This document shows, in pieces, positions 6,287 through 15,686 of a stretch of 24,508 bases of DNA. Origin of the DNA: a virus (lineage: Duplodnaviria > Caudoviricetes); IMG/VR virus record IMGVR_UViG_3300011335_000696, positions 1 through 24,508 of that record. The stretch is one strand, 5' to 3'. Position numbers and translations under genes: made by a program. The notes below the pieces were generated by a model that ran no database searches, had not been told where the DNA came from, and saw nothing but the letters and a program-made list of their open reading frames with translations. Position 1 is the stretch's first letter; every line of letters starts with the position of its first letter.

Positions 6287-7518
6287 TTGACCACCATCAG
6301 CACGTAATGACCGGGCGTGCCGTTACCACCATTCGTCCCGCCTGTACCGGCGCCCGTACCACCTGTGCCCGCGGCTGCGCTGACAGTGCCGCCGATCGTG
6401 GTGCTGCGGGTGATGATCGCGACCAGCCCGCCGCCACCGCCACCGCCGCCGCCGCACGACCCGGTACCCACGCCGAGAGAGGCGTTCGCGCCGTTGCCTC
6501 CCTTCGCGCTGATGTTCCCGCTATTCGCGATAGTCGCCGCGGCGATCCAGACGATGCCGGCGCCGCTTCCGCCACCGCCCGAGATGAAGGTTCCGCTCGT
6601 GTAGACGGTCACGCTTACCGCGCCGCCGCCGCCGCCGCTTCCGCCATTGAATGCGCCGAAGCTGCCGCGTCCGTCGAGGATGCGCCCCGACCATTTCTGA
6701 GGGGTGGCGTTCTGGGGTGCAGTCCCGCCAGCGCCACCGGTGCGACTCAAGGAGTTGCCTCCGTTCCCGCCAATCGGTGCCGCGTTGGTGGCGTTTAGCG
6801 AGCTATTCGTGTTGTTGATAGCGGCGTTCCCGTTCGCCTGACTGAGTGCAACGACCGACCACCCGCTGCCGGCATTCGTGCCCTGCCCGCCGAGGTAGTT
6901 ACGCGCGACGAAGCCGGTGCGGCCTACCTGGTTGGTCGCTGAGAAGCCGTCGTCGTCAATCGACCCGCCCGCGTCGATCGTCAGGGTACCGCGGACATAG
7001 ATGCGGCACCCGTTTGGCTTGATCTGCCCGGTGCTCGTCACCGTGAGGTTGTTGTAGTGCATCTCCCGGCTCAGCGTGGTGAACGCCGAGATCGTCACGT
7101 CACCATCGGACGCATCGCCGAAGAGCGCATCGAGGAAGGACGCCGATAGCTCCGCGGCCGGCGTGCCGTGCGTATGGTCCGCGCGTGCGATGCTCGTGCT
7201 GGTGCCGACTGCGCTCGACTGTCCGAACGCCGTCTCCGTCACCACGGTAGAAGCGAGCGGGACCGTGGGCGTGCCGTGGCTGTGATCGCCGCGGGCGTAG
7301 TCCGTCGAGGTCCCGACTACCGGCGACTGTCCGAAGCTCGTCTCGCTGACGACTGAGGAGGCCGGCGTGCCGCCACCTCCACCGCCCGAGGCTGCGACCG
7401 TGACTGTGAGCACCTCGCCCGTGAGGCTCTCAGAGATCGTCACGTTCGTGCCGGCGACCAGCTGGGCCACGCGGGCGAACTGACCGGTGCTGTTGCGTGT
7501 GAGCGGTACGCGTGCCAT
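6283..7518 (-). CDS. Gly-rich tail fibre / adhesin (411 aa)
   Basis: LVAGTNVTIS shaft motif, two HxH repeats (ARGDHSHGTP, ARADHTHGTP), FGDASDGDVTI...YNNLTV...RIYVRGTLTI and many GGxGGGGG runs. Confidence 0.8.
   Translation of the reverse strand: MARVPLTRNSTGQFARVAQLVAGTNVTISESLTGEVLTVTVAASGGGGGGTPASSVVSETSFGQSPVVGTSTDYARGDHSHGTPTVPLASTVVTETAFGQSSAVGTSTSIARADHTHGTPAAELSASFLDALFGDASDGDVTISAFTTLSREMHYNNLTVTSTGQIKPNGCRIYVRGTLTIDAGGSIDDDGFSATNQVGRTGFVARNYLGGQGTNAGSGWSVVALSQANGNAAINNTNSSLNATNAAPIGGNGGNSLSRTGGAGGTAPQNATPQKWSGRILDGRGSFGAFNGGSGGGGGAVSVTVYTSGTFISGGGGSGAGIVWIAAATIANSGNISAKGGNGANASLGVGTGSCGGGGGGGGGLVAIITRSTTIGGTVSAAAGTGGTGAGTGGTNGGNGTPGHYVLMVVK
7158..7370 (-). repeat. Two tandem ~36-aa tail-fibre repeats
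   Basis: ASSVVSETSFGQSPVVGTSTDYARGDHSHGTP / ASTVVTETAFGQSSAVGTSTSIARADHTHGTP. Confidence 0.85.
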
Positions 7519-9110
7519 CAGGCCCCCGCCTCGATGTATCGCAGCGTGAACGTCACCGTGCCGTCCTCGCCCCAGGTGACGCCCTCAATCATCATGAGCT
7601 GATCCTGTGCGGCGATCTCCACGTCGGTGAGCGTCACGAGGTCACCACGTCGAAGCCACCCGTACCGCTGGGGCGCGACGTACTGCACCATGCGCGACGG
7701 CTGTCCGTAGCGAGCGGTCTGTGCGACGAGGACCTTCGTCGCGGTGATCGCATCGTGGACGACGGTCGTCTCGACCACCTTGCGCCGGAGCCCGTACCGA
7801 GAGACGGGGCCGATGAGCTGCTTGATGGCGACCCGGAACGGGTCGGCGACGTGGACCTCTCCCGTGATGCGCCGCACCGACCGGTAGCCCTCGGTGCGAG
7901 GATCCCAGAGGTAGCGGATCTCCACGAAGGTCGCGATCTCGTCCGAGCCTTCGTAGGCGATACGCCCCACGCGCTCGAGGCTCGGGTCCACGTCGGTCGA
8001 GAGCACCGCGAGGGCCTGCGTCGCGTCCGGGTAGACCGGCCACAGGTACGGGTAGACACCGCCGGGACCGGCCGACATCGCGAACGGGAACACCGCCGCG
8101 AGGACCTCGGTCATGTACTCGCCGAGCGCAACCGGCTCGTCGATGTAGCCCGAGGTCGCGTACTGATTGAGCCCCGTCCGGGCCCCGTCGACCCGCGACC
8201 AATCGACCCGGAGCGCCGAGCGCCGCAGCACGTGGGCGAGGAGATCGCCAGCGCCTCGGATGGCCTGCGCGCTCTCGTCCACGAGCGCCGCGCCATTGTT
8301 CCACACGACGTACAGCGGGTCGGTGAGCACGAGGCTCGTCGTGCCGGTGTTGACCACGACCCACGCGACCACGGGAATCCCGCGAGTCGTGCCGAAGTAT
8401 TCACGCACGTCGCTGTAATAGACGACGAACGTCTCCGTCGTGCCCGCACTGTCGATGATGTCGACCGAGAACGCCTCGACGTAATGACAGGCGATGCCGA
8501 GGTAGACCAGACTCCCGACCGTGCCAATGACCGGCGCCGGGCTCCCGGCCGACACGCCATCTCCCGGCGTGCCCCACACCATCGGCACGATCACGCCAGC
8601 ATCAGCCGCCGTCGCTGCGGGGTTGCCCGACACCGCCTCGGCGAGCCACGACGCGATCGTGATGGGCTCGAGGGGGAGCGTCGTCTGATCGTCGGCGACC
8701 ATCTCTTCGAGGCTGCACGTGACCGGCTCCCACTCGGCGCCGTACTCCGGGTCGACCAGCTTGCCCCGCACGACCACGCGGCGCTCGTCCCACTCGGTAC
8801 CCGCGGCCCACTGCGAGAGCTCGCCCACGGCGCCGTCGAGGGCGTGGCCCTGTGCGATCAGGCCGGGCACATCGATTGGGAGGATGAACGAGAGCGGCAC
8901 CGAGAGGCGCGGGCTCTCCACGCTCCAGATCTCGAGGGCCTCCTCGACCTGCGGAGCGTCCACGAGGTCGGGCGTAGTCGTGACGGCGCTTGCCCCGTCC
9001 ACGATGTAGAGCGCGTCGGTGCTGAGGTAGAACGTGCCGCCCGCCCAGGTGATCGAGAGCACCCAGTAGAGGTCATCGCGGAGCTGCGCCTCGGTCCACC
9101 GGTCGGTCAT
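7518..9110 (-). CDS. Tail tip / baseplate hub-like protein (530 aa)
   Basis: Second gene after tape measure; IVPMVWG motif, SRYGLRRK and LRRGDLVTLTD C-terminus typical of hub proteins. Confidence 0.65.
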   Translation of the reverse strand: MTDRWTEAQLRDDLYWVLSITWAGGTFYLSTDALYIVDGASAVTTTPDLVDAPQVEEALEIWSVESPRLSVPLSFILPIDVPGLIAQGHALDGAVGELSQWAAGTEWDERRVVVRGKLVDPEYGAEWEPVTCSLEEMVADDQTTLPLEPITIASWLAEAVSGNPAATAADAGVIVPMVWGTPGDGVSAGSPAPVIGTVGSLVYLGIACHYVEAFSVDIIDSAGTTETFVVYYSDVREYFGTTRGIPVVAWVVVNTGTTSLVLTDPLYVVWNNGAALVDESAQAIRGAGDLLAHVLRRSALRVDWSRVDGARTGLNQYATSGYIDEPVALGEYMTEVLAAVFPFAMSAGPGGVYPYLWPVYPDATQALAVLSTDVDPSLERVGRIAYEGSDEIATFVEIRYLWDPRTEGYRSVRRITGEVHVADPFRVAIKQLIGPVSRYGLRRKVVETTVVHDAITATKVLVAQTARYGQPSRMVQYVAPQRYGWLRRGDLVTLTDVEIAAQDQLMMIEGVTWGEDGTVTFTLRYIEAGA

Positions 9111-12100
9111 ACCTCCTCCTCGAGGCGGATCGAAGAGGTCCGCACGACCTCGCCGGTTGCTCCGTCAGAGGAGAGCCACTCTTCGCCTTGCACCGTCTCG
9201 ATGCTCACATCGGAGACGATGCGTCCGAAGAGCATGAGGTCCGGGTGGCTCGCCTGATAGACCGTGCCGAGGGCCTTCCTCTCGATCCACGGCAGGTACA
9301 CGACCGGCGTCGCGCTTCCGTAGAGCTCGCGCACGAGGCCCTCCATCGAGAGCGGAGCATCGTACCAGGTCGCCGCGGCCTCTCCACCACCGGAGGCCGC
9401 GGCGTTCACGTAGTCCGCAGGCGTCCCCGTCCGCACTGCCGACACGTCGGTGCCATCCGTCCACCCAAACTCGACCGACCGGCGAGCCGGTCCGAAGTTC
9501 TGCGCCCGACGCGCGCCCGAGCGACCCGTCGTCAGCGTCGTATTCGGCGCCGTCTGCATCGTGCGGCCCCAGCTGTAGCGCCGCCCGAATGCCATGATGT
9601 GTCCGAGGACGAGCGTCCCGAGCTCGAAGTAGTCCTCGACCGTGTGCTGCGCCGGGATCGTCAGACGATAGGCGTTGTACCGCGGGTCGTTGTTCCACAC
9701 GAGCAGGCCGCTGCGATGCACGATTGCGCCGCTGGATCCGCTCGCCCCGAGGCCCGAGGTGTTCGCGACCTCGACCCGGAGGCGCCGGCCGGCGAGGTTG
9801 CTCCACGCGCCCTCGCTGCTCGAGGAGATGGCCTTCGCGGTGAACCCTGCCGCGGCCGTGGTGTCAGGGACGAAGCGAGCGCCTCGAAGGATACCGTTCG
9901 CCCAGAAGTAGCCGCTCGTCGTCGCGGCCGTCGTGTCGGGCTCGATGATCGTGCCGGCGCGGGTCCACCGCAGAGGCGCGCTCTGCGCGCTCATGTCCAC
10001 CGTACCGAGACTGACCCACGCTCCCGCACCGTTGCGCCCCTCGAGGGTCGCCGTTCTGAAGTTGCACCCGCCCAGGTAGAGCGCGCCGAGGGGGCCTCGC
10101 AGCGGGGTCACCGCACCCGCGCCGCTCTCGATGATCCACGCGAGCACGTGCTGGGTAGCGTCGACCGAGCGCCACGTCTGACGCGGCGACGGGGCCACGC
10201 TCGCGAGGACGTTCTCCACGGCATAGTCGTGCCGCGGCGTAACGGTCCACTCGTCGTCCACGAGCGTCGGGCCAGCTACCGCGCGCACCGACACGCCGTA
10301 GTCGAGCAGCTGCGGGTACGCCGAGAAGGGTCGACCCGGCAGGCCCGAGGAGAGGGTGAGGTTGTAGACCGAGGACGCACCCGCCACAGCCTGCCACGCC
10401 ACATCGTACCAGTTCGACTCGGCCGGGTTCGCTTGATTGAACGAACCCCAGGTGATCGACGTAGCCGCCGCCGTCACGCCGGCATCGCTCACCGTCGAGA
10501 CGTTGCAGATGCGCGTCGCCGGTCGGATGGTACGAAGCCCACCCGTCGAGGTCGACAGGTAAACCACGGCGTTGCATCCGGACGCGCCGTTGTTCTCGAG
10601 GAAGGCGCGCACGTGGATCGTGAGCCCAGCGCCCACCGATGCGGTCGCCAGTGTTGCACCGCCGTTGGAGTCGAGCACATCCACGGTCGTGCCCGAGTAG
10701 CGCACCCGGATGCCGTAGGTATTCGTGCCGTTGCTCGAGGCGAGGCGTACCTCGCTGCGCTGGGTGATCGCGGCCCACTCGGCGAACGCTGCGACCGTGT
10801 GGTTCGCGGTGAGTGCGGGGCCGACCTGCGTGTACGTATTGACCGCACCGCCCGGTACCTGAAGGTTGAGATAGCCGCCTGCGTTGAGCGCGACGACGGG
10901 GATACCGGCAGTCGCCAGCGTCCACCCGGCCGAGTCGGGGAGCCAATAGGGGAGGTACGTCAGACGCGACCCGAGCAGCGCGTCGGAGCGCGCCTCGCTT
11001 GCGGGCGACCAGGGGACGCACGCCGTCGTGTAGCCGGCGATCGCCGTGCACCCGATCTGTCCCGGCCACGTCGCCGAGTCCCACTGCGACACGAGACGGA
11101 GCGTGCCATTGTAGGCGCTCACCGTGCCGCCCACCCACTCGTTCCCGGTGCCGGCGTTCAGCGGAACATTCGGGACCGTGGCGCTCTGAAAGCCGACCTC
11201 GGTCCACGTCGTGAAGATCTCCGTCGTGCTGCGCGCGATCTGCGTCTGCTGGTTCGTGCCGAAGTCGACCGCCAGCACGTAGACCGTGCCGTCATCGTCG
11301 CGGGTGGCGCAGAGTTCCGTCGAGGCCGAGAGCTGCCCACCTACCGTAAGGTTCGCCGATGGCGCCGAGAGCGCGGAGAGCGTCGTCGTGACGACTGTCT
11401 GCCACGCGACCCACGCCGAGGGGAGCACCTTGTAGAGCACTGCCGAGTTGGCGCCGTAGGTCGTGCGACTGCTCGCGCAGAAGACGGCGATGAACGATCC
11501 CGACGACGTCACCACGAGGTCGTGGACACCGCCCGTGTAGTCGTTCGCGGCGGTCGTGGTGTCGACCGCTTGCACGAGCGCGAAGGACGCGCCCTCATCG
11601 GACGATGCATACTGCCGGAAGGAGTCCGCGACGGTTGCCGTCGTGTCGCGGAAGGCGAGCATCATGAGGACCTGACCCGCCGAGTACGCCGCGCGCAGAC
11701 GACGAGGCGCCGCCGTCGTGGCGTCGAGCTCATCACGGATTGTGCTGTCGGCGCTCTTCGTCCAGGTAGCGCCGTCGTCGGTCGAGATCCACGCGCGGAT
11801 CGTGTACTGCCCTGCCGGTACGGTCTTCGTCGAGAGGAGCAGCAACCGTCCCTCGGGCAGGCGCACGAGCGTCGGGCAGTAGGCGACGAGGCCGATCGCC
11901 TGAGCGTCGATCACGACGGTGGTCGTGGTGAGCCCGACTGTGCGGATCACGACGAGGGAGCGGATAGCGCCCGCCGACGTGAACCGCTGCGCCGCGGTGA
12001 GCATGGTCCCATCGTCGGTGTGGATCGTGTGCAGGTTCCCGTACTGATTGGCTGTGCCACCCGACGCGAACGTGTGGAGCGGGCTCCACCCAGAGAACAC

Positions 12101-12406
12101 GAGCGGTCCGTTCCAGCCGAGCCAATCGATGCCGTTCGTCCGCATCGCGAACGCGCCCGGCTCGATCTCGCCATCGGGCGAAGAGGACACGCCACCCGCT
12201 CGCACCGTGCGGATCGTCACCGTACCGCTGTCCATCTCGCCGCTCGACTCGAGGACCATCGAGGACGCGCGAGAGGGGACCGGCACGCCGGGATGGGCGC
12301 CGGCCTCGGAGTAGGACGACAGCGTCTCGGAGAACGACGAGGCGTTGATGCGCTCGTCGTGCACGAGGATCCCGCGGAGAGCATTCACTGTGACCGCGTT
12401 CGCCAT
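9107..12406 (-). CDS. Large tail protein with Asp-box (BNR) beta-propeller and Dit-like C-terminus (1099 aa)
   Basis: First gene after tape measure; Asp-boxes STDDGATW and SSDEGASF; C-terminal YRLTI...YFELGTLVLG...YSWG...RSG...RRSVEFGW. Confidence 0.7.
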   Translation of the reverse strand: MANAVTVNALRGILVHDERINASSFSETLSSYSEAGAHPGVPVPSRASSMVLESSGEMDSGTVTIRTVRAGGVSSSPDGEIEPGAFAMRTNGIDWLGWNGPLVFSGWSPLHTFASGGTANQYGNLHTIHTDDGTMLTAAQRFTSAGAIRSLVVIRTVGLTTTTVVIDAQAIGLVAYCPTLVRLPEGRLLLLSTKTVPAGQYTIRAWISTDDGATWTKSADSTIRDELDATTAAPRRLRAAYSAGQVLMMLAFRDTTATVADSFRQYASSDEGASFALVQAVDTTTAANDYTGGVHDLVVTSSGSFIAVFCASSRTTYGANSAVLYKVLPSAWVAWQTVVTTTLSALSAPSANLTVGGQLSASTELCATRDDDGTVYVLAVDFGTNQQTQIARSTTEIFTTWTEVGFQSATVPNVPLNAGTGNEWVGGTVSAYNGTLRLVSQWDSATWPGQIGCTAIAGYTTACVPWSPASEARSDALLGSRLTYLPYWLPDSAGWTLATAGIPVVALNAGGYLNLQVPGGAVNTYTQVGPALTANHTVAAFAEWAAITQRSEVRLASSNGTNTYGIRVRYSGTTVDVLDSNGGATLATASVGAGLTIHVRAFLENNGASGCNAVVYLSTSTGGLRTIRPATRICNVSTVSDAGVTAAATSITWGSFNQANPAESNWYDVAWQAVAGASSVYNLTLSSGLPGRPFSAYPQLLDYGVSVRAVAGPTLVDDEWTVTPRHDYAVENVLASVAPSPRQTWRSVDATQHVLAWIIESGAGAVTPLRGPLGALYLGGCNFRTATLEGRNGAGAWVSLGTVDMSAQSAPLRWTRAGTIIEPDTTAATTSGYFWANGILRGARFVPDTTAAAGFTAKAISSSSEGAWSNLAGRRLRVEVANTSGLGASGSSGAIVHRSGLLVWNNDPRYNAYRLTIPAQHTVEDYFELGTLVLGHIMAFGRRYSWGRTMQTAPNTTLTTGRSGARRAQNFGPARRSVEFGWTDGTDVSAVRTGTPADYVNAAASGGGEAAATWYDAPLSMEGLVRELYGSATPVVYLPWIERKALGTVYQASHPDLMLFGRIVSDVSIETVQGEEWLSSDGATGEVVRTSSIRLEEEV

Positions 12407-12408
12407 CG

Positions 12409-14487
12409 TTACCCCCTCTGTCCGAGCCTACGTCCAGCGTTTAACGCACGAGGAAGGGTCGCGTTCGTGCGGAGGTGATCGCGCACGAAGTAGTCAAACG
12501 ACTTGTGCTTGTAGACGATCTGCACGGCGCCGCCGCCATGCCCGCCGCTGATCCCTGCGTTCGCCTGACGGATCGCATCGTCGCCGAGCATCGACCGTCC
12601 CATCGGATTGAGGACGGCCTCGCCTGCGCGCACCATGGCCATACTCTCGTCGGGCTGACCGATGAGCCCGCCCTTGTGGAACTTTGGCGTGGTGGCCTGC
12701 ACGGTCGCCAGCTGCACGCCGCCAGCTGCGAGCGCCGCGATAATGAAGGGGATGTTTGCCGGTGGAGGCGCGACGAGCGCGGCCTGTGTTGCAGACGCTG
12801 CCGTGTTCACGATGATCTGCGCGATCTGCAACGCCTTATTGACCTCGAACTGTTTGCGCGCGGCGTCCTTCGCATCCTGTACGCGCTCCTTCGCCTGCTC
12901 GCGCTCGTCAGCGGTAGCGTCCTTCCCGAGCGCCTTGCGCGCCGCGACGGCCTCAGCGACCGCCGTCTCGCTCTGCGCCATGAAGTATTCGCTCACGGCG
13001 GTCAGGTCCGTGAACAGCTGCGAGCTCTTCGACTTCACCGTGTCGAAAAATGCCGCCATCGACTCGAGCGAGAACGTCTCCTCCTGCGCGTCTTGGATCG
13101 CCTTCAGCTTCTTCTCGTAGTCATCGAACGTGATGATCCCGTCGCGCATCGCCTGCGTGACCTGATCGGTCAGCGCCGCGAACTGCTCCTGACGCGTCGG
13201 AACTTCGGGCGGGATGAGCGCCTCGAACGCCGTCTGAAGCTCACCGGCTGCGGCTGCCTGACGCTTGAGGTAGGCATCGATGTCCTGATCATCGAGCGCC
13301 GCCAACTGGCGGTCGAGCACGGCGATCGCAGCGGTCACGGACCCGAACGCTGCGGGGTTCTTCTCGAGCTCGGCGCGAAGCTCGCGCTGCTGTTCGATGA
13401 TGCGCCCGGCCTGCGACAGTTCCGAGGAGATAATCCCGGCGGCCTTCGAGCGCACCGCGTCGAGGGCGCGCTGCTGTGCTGCCTCGAGCGCCATAGCCTC
13501 GGCGTGTGCCTTCGACGCCGCGGCCTGCGCTTCCTTCGCTTTCGCCGCGGCGATCGCCCTACCCTTCTCACGCTCCTCTTCGGCGGCGAGATCCTTGAGC
13601 GTCTCGACGCTGCGATCTGCCGCAGCGCGTGCGGCTTCGACGCGCTGGGTATTCGTGGCGATCGTCTTGGTGGCGCTGTTGACCTGCTCGCCGAGCTCGC
13701 GGTAGCGTGCGGCCTCCTCTTCGGTGGCCCTGCTCGACAGGACCTTGGCGCCGAGTAGGCCGTACTCGGTCCGGGTCGACTCAAGCAGCGCCCGCGCGGC
13801 GTCCGTCTCTGCGCTGTACGTGGCGTCGAGGGCGTCAACGCTCGCGTACAGTGCGTCCGTCTTGCTTCGGATTGCCTGCTCGTCTGCCGTCTCGAGCTTG
13901 AGACGGATGGCGATCTCATCGTTGATCGCCGCGAGCCGCTTCCCGAGATCCTCGGAGGCATCACCCGCGGATGTGGACGCCGCGCCAAAGTCCTCGATCG
14001 CCTTCGCGGCTGCGGCTGCGCGTTCCTCGGCATCTGCCAGCAGCTCACCGATAGGCGCCAGCCCCGCGGCGAAGAGCGCGAGCACACCGATCACCGGAAG
14101 CATTACGGCGCCGAGGCCCTCGAAGGCGAGCGCCCCGACCTCGCCTACGTCCGCGAGATCCGCGACGTTGCGCGCGCTGTCGCCGAGCGCCGGCCCGAGG
14201 AGCGAGAGGGCGCCGGCCAGCTTGCCCGCTGAGGACCCGACCGTCCCGAACTTGTCTCCCACGCTGGCGACCTTTGCGCTGGCCTCGCTCGCCGCGGCAG
14301 ACGCTTGCTGCATCGATCGCTTGCTCGCCTCAGCCGCAGCCTTCGCCGCTCGTTCGCTGGCCTTGATGCTCTTGTTGAGCTCGGCCGTCATGAGACGCGC
14401 CTGCTCGGCGGTCAGGCCGGGGATGCTCTCGAGCTGCGACCGCAGCCCGGAGAGGTTGGCGTCTACGCTCAGTTCAACGGAAGCCAT
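12409..14487 (-). CDS. Tail tape measure protein (692 aa)
   Basis: MASVELSVDANLSGL start, long Ala/Glu/Lys helical body, hydrophobic patches, C-terminal FHKGGLIG..DE..A....GEAVLN. Confidence 0.9.
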   Translation of the reverse strand: MASVELSVDANLSGLRSQLESIPGLTAEQARLMTAELNKSIKASERAAKAAAEASKRSMQQASAAASEASAKVASVGDKFGTVGSSAGKLAGALSLLGPALGDSARNVADLADVGEVGALAFEGLGAVMLPVIGVLALFAAGLAPIGELLADAEERAAAAAKAIEDFGAASTSAGDASEDLGKRLAAINDEIAIRLKLETADEQAIRSKTDALYASVDALDATYSAETDAARALLESTRTEYGLLGAKVLSSRATEEEAARYRELGEQVNSATKTIATNTQRVEAARAAADRSVETLKDLAAEEEREKGRAIAAAKAKEAQAAASKAHAEAMALEAAQQRALDAVRSKAAGIISSELSQAGRIIEQQRELRAELEKNPAAFGSVTAAIAVLDRQLAALDDQDIDAYLKRQAAAAGELQTAFEALIPPEVPTRQEQFAALTDQVTQAMRDGIITFDDYEKKLKAIQDAQEETFSLESMAAFFDTVKSKSSQLFTDLTAVSEYFMAQSETAVAEAVAARKALGKDATADEREQAKERVQDAKDAARKQFEVNKALQIAQIIVNTAASATQAALVAPPPANIPFIIAALAAGGVQLATVQATTPKFHKGGLIGQPDESMAMVRAGEAVLNPMGRSMLGDDAIRQANAGISGGHGGGAVQIVYKHKSFDYFVRDHLRTNATLPRALNAGRRLGQRG

Positions 14488-14495
14488 GGATCCCC

Positions 14496-15074
14496 CTACG
14501 CCGCGACGCGACGCGCTGCGGCCTGTAGTGCCTTATCAATCTCGGTGAGGCGCTCGCGGATCAAGCGCCGGCCGTAGTCGAGGACCACGACCTTCCAGAG
14601 GTTCTTCCCGTCTCGCGGCCTCGTGCTGTCCCGTGCCGTCAGTCGGAACACGCCGACCGGTCGCCGGGTGCGGGTGTACCGTCCGACCGTGTACCCGTCC
14701 GGTACCTGCCCCGTCGCGCGGTACGTCTGCATCACCTGGGCGAACTCGGGCCCATCGACGCGGCGCCCGATCGTCGAGAAGGGTCCCGGCCGGCGCACGT
14801 AGTACGTGTCCTTGTTGGTCGAGAACACCACGCCGCGGAGGTGCGTGGGTGTGATCCGCATCTCGTAGTCGATGCCGCCGCCCGTCGCTCCCGTGCGCCG
14901 GGTCACGTTGAGATACCATTCGGCCTGGGCGTGCTCCGTCACATCCGAGGCGATAGCCTCGACCTCGCGCTTGATTTCTGCGTAGGTCGTGGAGATCATG
15001 CGGTCGAGCGCCCGCTCGAGCTCTGGCCCGATGGTCGTGGACGCTCGACCGACCGTGATCTTCTTACCCGCCAC
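14496..15074 (-). CDS. HK97 gp10-like tail completion / neck protein (192 aa)
   Basis: Basic helical N-terminus (ELERALDRM), VTRRTGATGGGI resembles the PV.TG.L..SI motif; GTG start. Confidence 0.5.
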   Translation of the reverse strand: MAGKKITVGRASTTIGPELERALDRMISTTYAEIKREVEAIASDVTEHAQAEWYLNVTRRTGATGGGIDYEMRITPTHLRGVVFSTNKDTYYVRRPGPFSTIGRRVDGPEFAQVMQTYRATGQVPDGYTVGRYTRTRRPVGVFRLTARDSTRPRDGKNLWKVVVLDYGRRLIRERLTEIDKALQAAARRVAA

Positions 15075-15617
15075 CTAGCCCCCAGAAGGCTCGCGCCTCG
15101 GGGTCGATACTATCACCGTCGCGGGCCTTCGCGCGCGGGCTCTTCGTCGTGGGTGGCGGCGTGTGCTTGACGCGCCACCACGCGAGCACCCGCTCCTGCG
15201 TCTCCCGGTCCCACTGGTAGAAGGCGCCGGGGTCGCCGCAGTAGGTCAACCCGATCTCAAGGGCTACGGCGTCGAGGGCTCCGTCCCCTCGGTAAAACCC
15301 GCCGTGATCGCGACCTCCTCCTCGCGCGGGATCGCCGTGATCACGAGGTCGAGGGCGTGCTTGCCACCCTCGTAGATCTCGCCCTCGCTCACACCGAGCG
15401 CCACCAGCTCGTCCACGACGGCGCCGCCGTAGGCGAGCATGTCGTACTTGCAGCCGGCGAGCGTGGCCTTGAGCGGCTTCGACGCCCAGCACACGCCGAG
15501 CGCCGCGCCGAGGCCACGCAGTGCCGAGGTGCCGACCGCGATCGTGACCTCGCGCGCCGCCATGAACGACGACGGCTTCTTGAGCGTGACGTTGAACTTC
15601 CCGAGCTTGATGTCCAT
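15064..15617 (-). CDS. Tail assembly chaperone, GT form via -1 frameshift (184 aa)
   Basis: 108 codons to G GGT TTT, then 76 codons in the -1 frame (YRGDGALDAVALEIGLTYCGDPGAFYQWDRETQERVLAWWR...FWGLGGG) filling an otherwise empty gap. Confidence 0.82.
15264..15617 (-). CDS. Tail assembly chaperone, G form (117 aa)
   Basis: Directly after tail tube gene; GGAGG upstream of ATG 15617; slippery heptamer 9 codons before stop. Confidence 0.85.
   Translation of the reverse strand: MDIKLGKFNVTLKKPSSFMAAREVTIAVGTSALRGLGAALGVCWASKPLKATLAGCKYDMLAYGGAVVDELVALGVSEGEIYEGGKHALDLVITAIPREEEVAITAGFTEGTEPSTP
15294..15300 (-). other. Programmed -1 ribosomal frameshift site GGGTTTT
   Basis: Plus strand AAAACCC; X XXY YYZ heptamer in the correct phase (GCG GGT TTT ACC); TTT codon is rare in this GC-rich genome. 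Confidence 0.85.
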
Positions 15618-15629
15618 CCTTCCTCCGTG

Positions 15630-15668
15630 AACGTGAAACGCCCCCCGCATCTAGTAGCACGGGGGGCG
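15630..15668 (-). terminator. Intrinsic terminator-like hairpin after major tail gene
   Basis: CGCCCCCCG / CGGGGGGCG 9-bp stem followed by TTTCACGTT on minus strand; short U tract suggests leakiness. Confidence 0.7.
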
Positions 15669-15686
15669 CTCGGGTAGCCGGTCGGA

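Noticed and set aside
7512-9257. 581-aa plus-strand ORF and similar ones (12475..13758, 16787..17698, 18337..19272, 2047..3063 minus)
   Set aside because: All lie opposite well-supported genes and show shadow-type composition
6283-12406. Diversity-generating retroelement or invertible fibre cassette
   Set aside because: No reverse transcriptase or invertase, and no template/variable repeat pair noticed
9188-12478. 1096-aa plus-strand ORF
   Set aside because: Antisense shadow of the tail protein; Arg/His/Gly-rich, no motifs; long shadows are expected at this GC content
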